Shown piece after piece: positions 47,065 to 59,733 of a stretch of DNA of 64,000 nucleotides. Under the pieces are notes generated by a model, which ran no database searches, was not told where the DNA came from, and worked only from the letters and a program-made list of their open reading frames with translations. This stretch comes from Candidatus Eiseniibacteriota bacterium (GTDB lineage: Bacteria; Eisenbacteria; RBG-16-71-46; JABDJR01): assembly GCA_963762255.1 (NCBI GenBank), contig CAVXKA010000001.1:448001-512000 (forward strand), in the 5' to 3' direction. A program made the translations under genes and the position numbers. Every line of letters begins with the position of its first letter. Positions within the stretch are counted from its first letter, which is position 1.

Positions 47065-48357
47065 CTAGTACCGGTAGCCCAGGGTCAGGCCGGCGATTTC
47101 GACGTTGTTGGCGTAGGTCCCCTCGTACCCGTCCCGATTGATCCCCTCGGTCTCACGGTCCGGCATCACGAGATAGAGCCCGAACAGATCCGCGTGGAAC
47201 TGCCCCCAACTCTTGCCGATCCCCAGGCTGATCCCGTGTCGGTTGTTGTCAGGGAGAAGCGGGCTGACCGCTTCCGTGGGCTGCGGTGTCTGGTCGTAGT
47301 AGTAGCCGAAGCGCAGTTGCACGTCGGGCCGCACTTGCAGCTCGGCGCCCGCGCGGAAGAAGAACGCGTCGTCCCATTCCTCCGTGAGATCCTTGCTGAG
47401 CGATTCATCTTCGAACCGCAGCGGCAGCGTCTTGAACGAAGACCACTGCGTCCATCCCAGATCCCCTTCCAGCGCAAGTTTGGGAGAGACCTGCACCGCC
47501 AGCGCGGTGACGAAGATGGCCGGAAAGTCGAGGTCGGTCGAGACGCTCTGGTCTGCGGGGAACAAGAGCTGGAGCTGCGGATCGAGCCCCGACCCCGCAC
47601 CGGTGTAGTTGAAGTCCGCGTCGCCCTCGTAGGTGATCTCGACCTTGCTCCTGTAGTTGGCACCCAGGGTGACCGTGGGCATCACATCGACCTGCATGCC
47701 GAACGTGAAGCCGTAGTCGAGGTCGTTCTTCCCGTTGAGCTGCACGGTGCCCATATCGAGCACTTCCGGCTCCAGAGCGTTCGCATACGCGGGGTTGGGC
47801 TGCGCGACGTGGCGTCGCAGCTCCAGGCTCGAGTGTACGGCCATGAGCCCGGCGCCCACACGGAAGCGGGGTCCTAAAGAGACCGCGGCCGTGGGGTTGA
47901 AGTAGAAGGGCGTGATCGAGGCCTTCGTGGACAGGAACCGCCCAGAGAACTCGTCGGGATCCTCCCACTCGGTGGTGAGACCGAAGGGGTTGTACACGCC
48001 GAACCCGACCACCATCGCGCTGCTCACGCGCTGCGCCCAGTAGAGGTGCGATGGAAAGAAAGCCGCCTTGGGCGACTTCTCATGCACGCCGTAGCCCGGC
48101 CAGGGTTCCACGCCCGCGAACTCGCGGGTCACGTAGATGAGGCTGGTCCCGAGCTCCAGCTCCCCGCTCTCCACCTTGGCCAGCCCGGCCGGGTTGTAGT
48201 AGATGGCCGACGCATCGCCCACCCGCGCGGCGTAGGCTCCGGCCGAGCCCATGGCGCGGGCTCCCTGCTCGTAGAGACTGAACCCGGCCCCCCACGCGAC
48301 CGTGGGCAGAACCAGGAAGGCTGCCAGCAACAGCGGCAGCCGGTGTGTCCTTGTCAT
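47065..48357 (-). CDS. fadL: FadL/OmpP1 long-chain fatty-acid outer-membrane transporter
   Basis: AGFSLYEQGARAMG.AGA, DASAIYYNPAGL; next to the acyl-CoA ligase; start MTRTHR with GAGAGG RBS. Confidence 0.85.
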   Translation of the reverse strand: MTRTHRLPLLLAAFLVLPTVAWGAGFSLYEQGARAMGSAGAYAARVGDASAIYYNPAGLAKVESGELELGTSLIYVTREFAGVEPWPGYGVHEKSPKAAFFPSHLYWAQRVSSAMVVGFGVYNPFGLTTEWEDPDEFSGRFLSTKASITPFYFNPTAAVSLGPRFRVGAGLMAVHSSLELRRHVAQPNPAYANALEPEVLDMGTVQLNGKNDLDYGFTFGMQVDVMPTVTLGANYRSKVEITYEGDADFNYTGAGSGLDPQLQLLFPADQSVSTDLDFPAIFVTALAVQVSPKLALEGDLGWTQWSSFKTLPLRFEDESLSKDLTEEWDDAFFFRAGAELQVRPDVQLRFGYYYDQTPQPTEAVSPLLPDNNRHGISLGIGKSWGQFHADLFGLYLVMPDRETEGINRDGYEGTYANNVEIAGLTLGYRY

Positions 48358-48445
48358 CGTCCTCTCCTTTCCAACCCCCTCTGCGAGGGCGCGCAAACTC
48401 GACCAGCGTGCCTGCGGTTCGCAGGCGGCGGCTTCGGATCCGGCC

Positions 48446-50254
48446 CTACGATCGGCCCGGCTCCGACCCCGCCTCTTCGGCGTAAAGCGCCTCGATCCGT
48501 GCGGCGTACTTCTGCACCACCTGCTTCCGCTTCACCTTGAGGGTTGGAGTCAGCTCTCCAGCCTCCAGCGTCAGCTCGTTATCGAGGATGTGAAACCTTC
48601 GGATCTTCTCGTAGGGCGCCGCGTCCGTCTGATGACGCTCGATACGCCGGCGCATCAGATCCAGAACCCGTGGGTGGCGCACCAGCTCGGCTAGCGACAT
48701 CTTGCCCAGGTTCTTGACCACCCGGTAGCTCTCGATGTTGGCGAAGTTGGGAACGATGAGCGCCACGAGATACGGGCGTCGATCCCCGATCACCACCGCC
48801 TCGGCGATGAACTTGTCGGTCTTGAGCGCGTTCTCGATCGGCTGCGGCGCCACGTTCTTTCCACCCGCAGTGACGATGAGATCCTTCTTGCGGTCGGTGA
48901 TGACGAGGAACCCGTCGGCGTCCAGATGCCCGATGTCCCCCGTGTGCAGCCAGCCGTCCTGGAGCGTCTCGGCGGTCGCCTCCGGCATGTTGTAGTAGCC
49001 CTTCATGATGTTGGGGCCGCGGGCAAGGATCTCCCCGTCCTCGGCGATGCGAATCTCTACGCCGGGGACCGGCTTGCCCACCGTGCCGAGCCGGATGTCC
49101 TTGAAGGTATTGATCGCCAGCACGGGCGAACTCTCGGTGAGGCCGTATCCTTCCAGCACAATCAGCCCCGCCGCGTAGAAGAACTCGGCGATGTCGGGGG
49201 CCAGGGGCGCACCGCCGGACACGAAGAACCGCAGGCGGCCTCCCGTCCGCGCGCGCAGCTTGGCGAAGACGAGATGGTCGGCGATGCGGAACCGCAACGC
49301 GAGCCAACCGCCGACCGGCTTTCCGGCGAGCAGGCACCGGGCCCGCGCGAGCCCCACCGAGCGCGCCCAGAAGAAGATGCCCTTCTTGATCGGTCCGCCC
49401 TTGGTGGCGGCGTCGAAGATGCGCGCGTAGATTTTCTCGTAGAGCCTTGGCACGCTCACCATCACCGTGGGATGCACGTCGCGAAGATCGTCCGACACCG
49501 TGTCCACCGAACCGGCGTAGGCGATGGTGGCCCCCACGAACCACATGCAGTAGAGACCGGCCATGCGCTCCAGGATGTGACTCAACGGCAGGAACGACAG
49601 GGCGGTGTCCCGTTCGCCGAGGTCGAAGATCTGGAGCGCGGCGAGCACGTTGGACACGATGTTGGCGTGGGTGAGCATCACGCCTTTGGGTGGGCCGGTA
49701 GTGCCGCTCGTGTAGATGAGCGTAGCCAGATCGTCCGGTTTCACGTCCGCCGCTCGACGACGATAGAGATCGGGCTCCGCCTCGCCGAGCGCTCTGCCTC
49801 GGGCCCGAAGTTCCTCCAACCCCATCCCGCCCGTCACGCTGGTGGCGTCGTCGAACACGAATACCGGAAAACTATGCCTCTGCTGGCGGAAGCGTCCGAG
49901 CTTGGCCGCCTGCTCCGTGCCCGAGACGAAGATCGCCCGCGCACCGGAATCCTTGAGGACGTACTCGACGACCGACTCGGTCAGGGTGGGATAGATGGGA
50001 ACGGATGCGAGGCCGGCGCTGAGAATGGCCAGGTCGGCCTCGGCCCATTCCAGACGTGTCTCGGCGAGGATGGCGACGCGATCGCCCGGCGCCATCCCGA
50101 GCGAGACGAGGCCCAGGGCCATCTCCCGCCCCGCGTCGGCGAACGTGGACGTGGAGACGTCTTCATAGACGCCGGCCACCCGGCGGCGAAACGCCCCTCG
50201 GGTGTGTTTCTCCATGCCTTGGAAGTAGAGGTCGTTGAGGGTCTTGGGCGACAT
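48446..50254 (-). CDS. fadD: Long-chain-fatty-acid--CoA ligase
   Basis: IYTSGTTGPPKG, EGYGLTE, GWLHTGDIG, ITDRKKD, LTPTLKVKR. Confidence 0.9.
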   Translation of the reverse strand: MSPKTLNDLYFQGMEKHTRGAFRRRVAGVYEDVSTSTFADAGREMALGLVSLGMAPGDRVAILAETRLEWAEADLAILSAGLASVPIYPTLTESVVEYVLKDSGARAIFVSGTEQAAKLGRFRQQRHSFPVFVFDDATSVTGGMGLEELRARGRALGEAEPDLYRRRAADVKPDDLATLIYTSGTTGPPKGVMLTHANIVSNVLAALQIFDLGERDTALSFLPLSHILERMAGLYCMWFVGATIAYAGSVDTVSDDLRDVHPTVMVSVPRLYEKIYARIFDAATKGGPIKKGIFFWARSVGLARARCLLAGKPVGGWLALRFRIADHLVFAKLRARTGGRLRFFVSGGAPLAPDIAEFFYAAGLIVLEGYGLTESSPVLAINTFKDIRLGTVGKPVPGVEIRIAEDGEILARGPNIMKGYYNMPEATAETLQDGWLHTGDIGHLDADGFLVITDRKKDLIVTAGGKNVAPQPIENALKTDKFIAEAVVIGDRRPYLVALIVPNFANIESYRVVKNLGKMSLAELVRHPRVLDLMRRRIERHQTDAAPYEKIRRFHILDNELTLEAGELTPTLKVKRKQVVQKYAARIEALYAEEAGSEPGRS

Positions 50255-50355
50255 GCTGCGTCCTCCACGGAGACGACCTCGGAAGCGGGCGAAAGTAGGT
50301 GAGACATAGCACCGGGGGGAGGGGGGGTCAAGCCATGACCGCGGGGGAAAGCAAG

Positions 50356-50383
50356 GAGCCGCGCCGGTAACCCGGCGCGGCTC
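50356..50383 (-). terminator. Probable intrinsic terminator
   Basis: 12-bp stem GAGCCGCGCCGG/CCGGCGCGGCTC after ORF 50421 with a T-containing tail on the minus strand. Confidence 0.55.
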
Positions 50384-50420
50384 TCAGGGGCCACAGGCCC
50401 AAACTAGAAGATAGTTCTTG

Positions 50421-50825
50421 TCAGCTAGCCAGTTTCGGCAGACTCGCGGTGTCGGTCTGGCCGAGCATCGCGTTGATGCGGTCGACCAGCTTGCGCGGGC
50501 TGAAGGGCTTGGTGATGTAGTCGTCCGCCCCCACGTCGTAGCCCGTTTGCATGTCGACATTGCGCCCCTTGGCCGAGAGCAGGATCACCGGGATGTGCCG
50601 GGTGCCCTCCCCCGCCTTCAGGGTTCTGCACGTCTCGTAACCGTCCATCTTGGGCATCATGATGTCCAGCACGATGAGGTCCGGCTTGCACTCCTGCACC
50701 TTGCGCAGGGCCTCCTCGCCGTCGAGGGCCGTGACGACCTCATAGCCTTCCATGCCCAGACTAAAGTCCAGGATGTGCACGATGTAGATCTCGTCGTCCA
50801 CAACCAGGATGCGTCCACGAGACAT
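50421..50825 (-). CDS. Single-domain response regulator
   Basis: VVDDE, LDIMMP, LSAK, KPFSP. Confidence 0.9.
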   Translation of the reverse strand: MSRGRILVVDDEIYIVHILDFSLGMEGYEVVTALDGEEALRKVQECKPDLIVLDIMMPKMDGYETCRTLKAGEGTRHIPVILLSAKGRNVDMQTGYDVGADDYITKPFSPRKLVDRINAMLGQTDTASLPKLAS

Positions 50826-51029
50826 CGGTACTCACCTCCTAAGCGCCCGCAACCGGGGACCGCTCGCGGCCCCCGCCCCCTCGGGCGAGCCCCGCCAGCC
50901 TGTTTGGCGGCGGGAAATCGGCGCTAGCCCCCGACCCATGTTCGGGGTGTCTGACTCTGGTATCGGTGCGCCCGGGCCAGACTTTACGTTTTTCCCGAAG
51001 GAGGGGAATCCCCCCCAGCGGGCCCCGTC

Positions 51030-51995
51030 TCAGCCGTCCGAGCCGGTCCGGTAGATCTGCGTCGAACTCTGCCGGCGCTCCCGGACCACCACGCTCCCGG
51101 GCCTCTGCTTCCCCACGTGCTTCAACTCGGCCACCACGTCGTTCAGCATCGCCACATGCTCGATCTGGTAGCGGTCCGACTCCACGAGCGCGATGGTCAC
51201 GCTGACGATCGGAAACTGCTCCAGCTTGTTCTGCCGGTTCGCGATCTCCACGTACCCCTGGGCGCGCTCGGCCGGCCGGTAGTACTCCGGGATCTGCGCG
51301 TCGAACCGCTCGATGATCGCCCCGGCGACCTCGTCCGCGCGGTCGGGGGTCGTGATCAACACAAAATCGTCGCCGCCCACATGCCCCACAAAGTCGCGCG
51401 GGTTGCCCTTCTGCTCCACGGTCTCGGACAACACGCGGGCCATGAGCTTGATCACCTCATCGCCGGCACGGTAGCTGTAGTAGTCGTTGTAGGCCTTGAA
51501 GTGGTCGATGTCCACGTAGAGGAACGCGAACACCCGTCCTTCCTTCAAGAGAGCCTCGACCTCGGCCTCGATCGCCGGGTTCCCGGGAAGTCCGGTGAGC
51601 GGGTTGCTGTGCCGCTGGGCCTGGCTCCACCCGATCAGGTTCTTGACCCTGAGCAGCATTTCTTTTCGCTCGTAGGGCTTGGTCAGATAGTCGTTCGCGC
51701 CGTCATCCAGACCCTCCAGCTTCGAGTCGATGGTGGCGTTGGCGGTCAGGAAGATGACCGGGAGATGCTGGAGCCTTCGGTCGGCGCGAATGGCTCGGCA
51801 GACTGCGCGCCCGTCCAGGTTCGGCATCATCATGTCGAGAAGCACGAGATCGGGTACGTCGCGCTCGAGAAGTTCGAGCGCAGCCACGCCGTCAACGGCC
51901 TCGAGGGTCTTGTACCCCGCGGCTTCCAGTTGAAACGTGAGGATGCGGCGGATGCTGGGGTCGTCCTCGACCACCAACACGCGATCCTGGCTCAT
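51030..51995 (-). CDS. Response regulator with GGDEF diguanylate cyclase domain
   Basis: REC plus NPLTGLPGN, DIDHFKAYND, GHVGGDDF. Confidence 0.9.
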   Translation of the reverse strand: MSQDRVLVVEDDPSIRRILTFQLEAAGYKTLEAVDGVAALELLERDVPDLVLLDMMMPNLDGRAVCRAIRADRRLQHLPVIFLTANATIDSKLEGLDDGANDYLTKPYERKEMLLRVKNLIGWSQAQRHSNPLTGLPGNPAIEAEVEALLKEGRVFAFLYVDIDHFKAYNDYYSYRAGDEVIKLMARVLSETVEQKGNPRDFVGHVGGDDFVLITTPDRADEVAGAIIERFDAQIPEYYRPAERAQGYVEIANRQNKLEQFPIVSVTIALVESDRYQIEHVAMLNDVVAELKHVGKQRPGSVVVRERRQSSTQIYRTGSDG

Positions 51996-52134
51996 GGCCC
52001 TGTTATCGGTTGTTCAGCCGGGGACTGTAGGGGATTCTGGCGGGGGCCCTGACGCTATCCGATTGTAGGGAATTGCGTTACAGCTAAGACTTTGGAGATC
52101 CTTGGGATGCGGGTTTGGAAACCCGACCGGCCGC

Positions 52135-53181
<1,047 letters not shown>

Positions 53182-53266
53182 GCGAGGAGTCTACCAGCCC
53201 TCCCCTTGTCGGTCCCGTGAGGAACCGGTAACGTACACGGTCCGGTGTCGACGATCAGGGGGGATC

Positions 53267-53908
53267 ATGCACGAGACGGTCAACCGAATCCGCAAACGCA
53301 TCCGTGACGACGCGCCTCAAGAGGACTTCGCCAGCCTCTTCTCGCAGCGGTTGCAGGAGAACGGGGTGAGCCGAGCGCTCGCCGAGCCCCTCTCCGCCCA
53401 GATGGCCCTCCTCTACCAGGAGGCCTTTCGCTGGCTGCGCGCGGTCGACAAGTACGCTCGACCCGCCGAGGATTCGGACCCGGCTCCGCTCTTGCGCCAG
53501 ATCCAGTTCACGAGCCGCCGCCTCGCGACGGTCCTCGACGGCGCCGTTCCATTCCTGGAGCGCGCCGAGGACAACCTGAGCGAGAACAAGGAGATCACGC
53601 ACCGCGAGAGCGGGTACGAGCGTGAGGTGGCCCCGTTCTCCCGCGTGGACAGCACCGAGGACATCCGCGCGCGTTTCGCGGCGACCCCGGGGTTCGCCCT
53701 CGCCTCCGCCGCCGAGGGCGCGCAGATCACCGCCGATCTCCTCAAGGTGATCTACATCGAAAAGCGGGTGCGCGACGGGATCCCCAAGCCGGCCGATCTC
53801 TATGCGCTGGTGGTCGAGGTGATCCTGGACGGACGCCGCCACGTGGCGCCGGGCCTCGCCGAGGGCTCCGAATTCATGAAGGCGCTCAAGACAGCTGTGG
53901 AGAGCTGA
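53267..53908 (+). CDS. Hypothetical helical protein
   Basis: GGGGG RBS before MHETVNR; host-like codon usage; fills the tsaD-atpC gap. Confidence 0.65.
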   Translation: MHETVNRIRKRIRDDAPQEDFASLFSQRLQENGVSRALAEPLSAQMALLYQEAFRWLRAVDKYARPAEDSDPAPLLRQIQFTSRRLATVLDGAVPFLERAEDNLSENKEITHRESGYEREVAPFSRVDSTEDIRARFAATPGFALASAAEGAQITADLLKVIYIEKRVRDGIPKPADLYALVVEVILDGRRHVAPGLAEGSEFMKALKTAVES

Positions 53909-53969
53909 GACGGCTGTCGAGAGCTGAGGGTCGCCGCGCCCGCCGGAAATCTAGCGCGCGCCCATGGGC

Positions 53970-54393
53970 CTAGCGCGCCGACAGGTCGTCGCGGCGCGCC
54001 TTGAGGCGATTCAGCGCCCGGCGCAGGGCGGCCTCGGCGCGATCCACGTCGATGTCCGTGCTGCGCTTCTCCAGCCACTCCCGCGCCCTTCGCGCCGCGG
54101 CCTCCGCGCGGTTCGACGTCGATGTCCTCGGGGCGCTCCAACGCATCGGCCAGGATCGTCACCGTGTTGTGGTTCACCTCGAGAAACCCGCCCGAGACGA
54201 CGTAGACCGTCGCGTTGCCGCCGAGATCCTTCACCGTGAGCTTGCCCGGCATGAGTTGGGTCACGAGCGGCGCGTGATCGCGCAGCACGCCAAGGTACCC
54301 CTCGGATCCCGGGGCGACGATGGAGAGCACCTGCTGGTCCAGCACCGCCTTCTCTTGCGTGAACACGGTGAGGCGGAAGCCCTTGTCGGCCAT
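53970..54393 (-). CDS. atpC: ATP synthase epsilon subunit (1 extra base at ~54110)
   Basis: PGSEGYLGVLRDHAPL, VSGGF; removing one base restores DVERAEAA...ALRRALNRL. Confidence 0.9.
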
Positions 54394-54395
54394 GA

Positions 54396-55871
<1,476 letters not shown>

Positions 55872-55928
55872 TCACGTTGCCGGCGGCATGGGCGCCGCCG
55901 GATCCACGCCGGCCGCTTGCGCGGGGCG

Positions 55929-56780
55929 CTATTTCAGCGCTTCCGCGCCTCCGACGATCTCCGCGATTTCCTTGGTGATGGCGGCCTGACGCGCGCGGTT
56001 CCGCACCAGGGTGAGCTTGTCGATCATCTCTACCGCATTGGTCGACGCAGAGCCCATGGCCACCATCCGGGAGCCGTGCTCGGAGGCGGAGGCCTCGAGC
56101 AAGGCCATCAACATGCGGTTGGCCACGTAGCGGGGCAAGAGCGCCGCGAAGATGTGCTCCGCGTCGGGCTCGAAGATGGGATTCTGAAGTTCGGCCTTCC
56201 CCGCCGGCGGCTCGATAGGCAGGAACGTCTCCTGGGTCAGCGAGCGCGACACCGCGGAGATGAACCGCGTGCCGAGGAGGTGAATCTCGTCCACCTCGCC
56301 GTTCAGGAAGAACCCGACGATCTCCCGGCTCATGGCCTGCGCCTTGGGCATGTCCACCGGGTCTCCGATCTCCTGATAGTGCTTCAGGATCGGATAGCTC
56401 CGCCGCCGGAAGTAGTCGCCCCCCTTGCGGCCGATCGTGATGAGAACCGTACGCGCGCCCTCCTCCGATTTCATGTGCGCCTCGGCGCGGCGGATCACAT
56501 TGGCGTTGTACGACCCGGCGAGCCCCTTGTCGCTGGTGACGACCACCAGAGCACGCCGCGCCACCGCGCGCTTCTCGAAGAGCGGGTGATCCAGTTCGGC
56601 GGCCGCCGCGGCCAGGTTCTCCAGCATCTCCCTCATCTTGCGGCCGTACGGGCGCGCGGCATCAAGACGGCCCTGCGCGCGGCGCAGCTTGGCCGCCGAG
56701 ACCATTTCCATGGCCTTGGTGATCTGCTGGGTATTCTGGACGCTGCGGATACGGCGCCGGATGTCTGCGAGAGTGGCCAT
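55929..56780 (-). CDS. atpG: ATP synthase gamma subunit
   Basis: QITKAMEMVSAAK, RQAAITKEIAEIVGG. Confidence 0.97.
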   Translation of the reverse strand: MATLADIRRRIRSVQNTQQITKAMEMVSAAKLRRAQGRLDAARPYGRKMREMLENLAAAAAELDHPLFEKRAVARRALVVVTSDKGLAGSYNANVIRRAEAHMKSEEGARTVLITIGRKGGDYFRRRSYPILKHYQEIGDPVDMPKAQAMSREIVGFFLNGEVDEIHLLGTRFISAVSRSLTQETFLPIEPPAGKAELQNPIFEPDAEHIFAALLPRYVANRMLMALLEASASEHGSRMVAMGSASTNAVEMIDKLTLVRNRARQAAITKEIAEIVGGAEALK

Positions 56781-56783
56781 GCG

Positions 56784-58307
56784 TTATGCCTTGAAGCTCG
56801 TCTTGAATTCCTTGAGCGCTGCGTGGAGCTTGTCCTGGACGTCCTTGGCCAAGTCGCCGGTAGCGGCGATCGCATGCGGGATGTCCGGGTACTGCGTGTG
56901 CACGAACTCGCGGAACTCCGTTTCGAACCGTTTCGCCGCGGAAGTGGGGATGTCGTCGAGATATCCCTTCCCGGCGGCGAAGATGATGATGATCTGATCT
57001 TCGAGGGGCTGCGGCACGTACTGATCCTGCTTCAGGACCTCGACCATGCGCTCGCCGCGGCGAAGCTGGGCCTGAGTGGACTTGTCGAGGTCGGAGCCGA
57101 ACTGGGCGAACGCGGCCAATTCGCGGTACTGCGCGAGGTCGAGCCGTAGCGACTTCGCCACCACGCGCATGGCCTTCGTCTGCGCGTTGCCGCCGACGCG
57201 ACTCACCGAGATGCCCACGTTCACCGCCGGCCGCACGCCGGAGTAGAAGAGGTCGCTCTCCAGGTAGATCTGCCCGTCGGTGATGGAGATCACGTTGGTC
57301 GGAATGTAGGCCGACACGTCGCCGGCCTGCGTTTCGATGATGGGAAGCGCGGTCAGCGAACCTCCCCCGTTCGCGTCCGAAAGCTTGGCCGCGCGCTCGA
57401 GGAGCCGCGAGTGCAGGTAGAACACGTCCCCGGGGTACGCCTCGCGTCCCGGAGGGCGGCGCAGGAGGAGCGAGAGCTGCCGGTAGGCTGCGGCGTGCTT
57501 GGAAAGGTCGTCGTAGACGACCAGCACATCCTTGCCGCTGGCCATCAACTCTTCGCCGATGGAGACCCCGGCGTAGGGCGCGATGTACTGAAGGGGGGCG
57601 GGGTCGGATGCGCCCGCCACCACCACCGTCGTGTACTCCATCGCGCCATGCTGTTCGAGGACGGCCACCACCTTGGCCACCGTGGATTCCTTCTGGCCGA
57701 TGGCGACGTAGATGCAATAGAGAGGATCGCCGGCCTTGTTGGTTTCGCGCTGGTTGATGATCGTATCGATGGCGAGCGCGGTCTTGCCGGTCTGCCGGTC
57801 GCCGATGATCAACTCGCGTTGGCCGCGGCCGATGGGGATCATCGAGTCGATGGCCTTGATCCCGGTCTGCACCGGCTCCTTCACCGGCTGCCGGTCGATG
57901 ACGCCGGGGGCCCGTCCTTCCAGCACGCGGAACTTGCTGGTGACGATGGGCCCCTTCCCGTCGAGCGGCTTGCCGAGGGGATCGACCACGCGGCCGATCA
58001 GCGCATCGCCCACCGGAACCTGGGCCACCTTGCCGGTGCAGCGCACGATGTCGCCTTCCTTGATCCCGGTGTCGGGGCCGAAGAGCACCGCGCCCACGTT
58101 GTCCTCTTCGAGGTTCAGCACCATGCCGATCACGCCCCCGGTGAACTCCAGCAGTTCCCCGGCCATGGCGTCTTCCAGGCCCCACACGAGGGCGATTCCG
58201 TCGCCCACCTGGAGCACCGCGCCCCGGCTCTCCATCTCGAGCTGGGTCGTGTACTTCCTCAGCTCCTTCTGGATGATGGCGCTGACTTCTTCAGGTCGAA
58301 ATGACAT
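56784..58307 (-). CDS. atpA: ATP synthase alpha subunit
   Basis: [31 protein letters not shown]. Confidence 0.98.
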   Translation of the reverse strand: MSFRPEEVSAIIQKELRKYTTQLEMESRGAVLQVGDGIALVWGLEDAMAGELLEFTGGVIGMVLNLEEDNVGAVLFGPDTGIKEGDIVRCTGKVAQVPVGDALIGRVVDPLGKPLDGKGPIVTSKFRVLEGRAPGVIDRQPVKEPVQTGIKAIDSMIPIGRGQRELIIGDRQTGKTALAIDTIINQRETNKAGDPLYCIYVAIGQKESTVAKVVAVLEQHGAMEYTTVVVAGASDPAPLQYIAPYAGVSIGEELMASGKDVLVVYDDLSKHAAAYRQLSLLLRRPPGREAYPGDVFYLHSRLLERAAKLSDANGGGSLTALPIIETQAGDVSAYIPTNVISITDGQIYLESDLFYSGVRPAVNVGISVSRVGGNAQTKAMRVVAKSLRLDLAQYRELAAFAQFGSDLDKSTQAQLRRGERMVEVLKQDQYVPQPLEDQIIIIFAAGKGYLDDIPTSAAKRFETEFREFVHTQYPDIPHAIAATGDLAKDVQDKLHAALKEFKTSFKA

Positions 58308-58352
58308 CGTGACTCCTCGAACCGGCGGCGACCCGCCGCGATTCCTCTCGGC

Positions 58353-58902
58353 CTAACCTACGTCGACACGGAGCAACCGGTCGCCGAGCTCTTTGAGCCC
58401 GCGGCGCAAGCTGCGATCTATGACTTTCTTGCCCATGTGAACGATGACCCCGCCGAGCACCGACGGATCCACGCGCTTCTCCAGCCGCACGTCCTTCCCG
58501 GTGAGGCGGTCCAGCTCCTGCTTGAGCCGCGCCTCCTGGGTGGCGTCCAACGCCACCGCGGAGAGGACGTTCGGCCCGCACGAGGCCCTGGTGCTCCTCG
58601 TAGAGTTGCTGCACGTCGCGACAGATCTCGGTCAGGTGCGCGATCCGTTTCTTGTCCATGAGCAAGAGCAGGAAGTTCACGGTGAGCGGATCCGCCCAGG
58701 GCCCGATAACGGTGCGGATGAACTCCTCCTTGCCGTCGGTGAGCACCTCCGGCGTGAGCAGGAAGTTCAGGAACGCGGGGTCCTGCCGGTTGAGGGCGAG
58801 CACGTTGGCCAGATCCCCGGCCACGCGCGGGAGCTTGTTCTCTTCGAGGGCGGCCCCGAAGATCGCGCGCGCGTAGCGGTGGGAGATGGTCGTGGTGAGC
58901 AT
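58353..58902 (-). CDS. atpH: ATP synthase delta subunit (1 extra base at ~58570)
   Basis: RYARA, NFLLLLMDKKR in one frame; VDPSVLGG..VIDRS in the shifted frame; span 550 = 3n+1. Confidence 0.9.
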
Positions 58903-58905
58903 GGC

Positions 58906-59406
58906 CTAGGCCTTCTCCTTCGCCTGCAGCTCGTCCAGGAAACGTTCCACGAGCTTGTGGTGCTCGGGTGCGTCCATGCGCTCCTGGAGCAGCCGCTCGG
59001 CTGCGCTCAACGACATGGTCACCATCTCTTCGCGCAGCTCGGCGCGGGCCTTCTTGTACTCCATCTCCAGGTCGGCCGTGGCCTTCTCGGTGATGACGCG
59101 CGCCTCCCGGTGCGCGTTGGCCCGAATCTCCTCGGCCACCTTCTGCCCTTCGGCGACGGCGGCCTGGATCCGCTGGCGGGCCTGCGCCTCGATGCCCTTG
59201 AGCTGCTCTTCGTACTCCGCCCTGATCCGTTCGGCTTCATGGCGGAGTTTCTCCGCCGAGGCCACATCGTTGGCGATGCGGGCGCGGCGTTCCTCCAGAA
59301 GACCGAGCACCGGCTTCCATGCGTAACGCTTCAGCACCCAGAGGACGATCAGGAAACCGATGATCTGGGTGACGAGGACTTTGGGATCTATGAGCTCCAT
59401 GACCAT
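58906..59406 (-). CDS. atpF: ATP synthase subunit b
   Basis: N-terminal TM, WKP..LEERR, long helix. Confidence 0.93.
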   Translation of the reverse strand: MVMELIDPKVLVTQIIGFLIVLWVLKRYAWKPVLGLLEERRARIANDVASAEKLRHEAERIRAEYEEQLKGIEAQARQRIQAAVAEGQKVAEEIRANAHREARVITEKATADLEMEYKKARAELREEMVTMSLSAAERLLQERMDAPEHHKLVERFLDELQAKEKA

Positions 59407-59470
59407 CCTCAGGCGCCGGACCGGGCCGGCGCCGCGCGATGACGCGCCTTCGAGCCGGGGACGCCGCGGA

Positions 59471-59701
59471 CTACATCTTGTTCTGGAAGAAGAACAGCGA
59501 GACGAACACGTAGATCGTCAGGGCCTCGATGAACGCGGCGCCGATGATCATGGCGATCTGGATCTTGGCGATCGCCTCGGGCTGGCGGCCCATCGCCTCC
59601 ATGGCGCCGGACACGGCCTTACCGAGGCCGAACGCGGAGCCGAGAGCGGCGAGCCCCAGCGCAAGCGGGAGCGAGAGAGCGAGCAGGTTCACGTTTTCCA
59701 T
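59471..59701 (-). CDS. atpE: ATP synthase subunit c (probably H+-type)
   Basis: RQPE loop, FIEALTIY; lacks the Q/E and ES(T) Na+ signature. Confidence 0.95.
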   Translation of the reverse strand: MENVNLLALSLPLALGLAALGSAFGLGKAVSGAMEAMGRQPEAIAKIQIAMIIGAAFIEALTIYVFVSLFFFQNKM

Positions 59702-59733
59702 CGTCTTGTCCTCCGACTCGAGATCACGGTTGC

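Noticed and set aside
59471-59701. Na+-translocating or N-type ATPase
   Set aside because: Subunit c lacks the Na+ ligands and the gene order is the standard F-type
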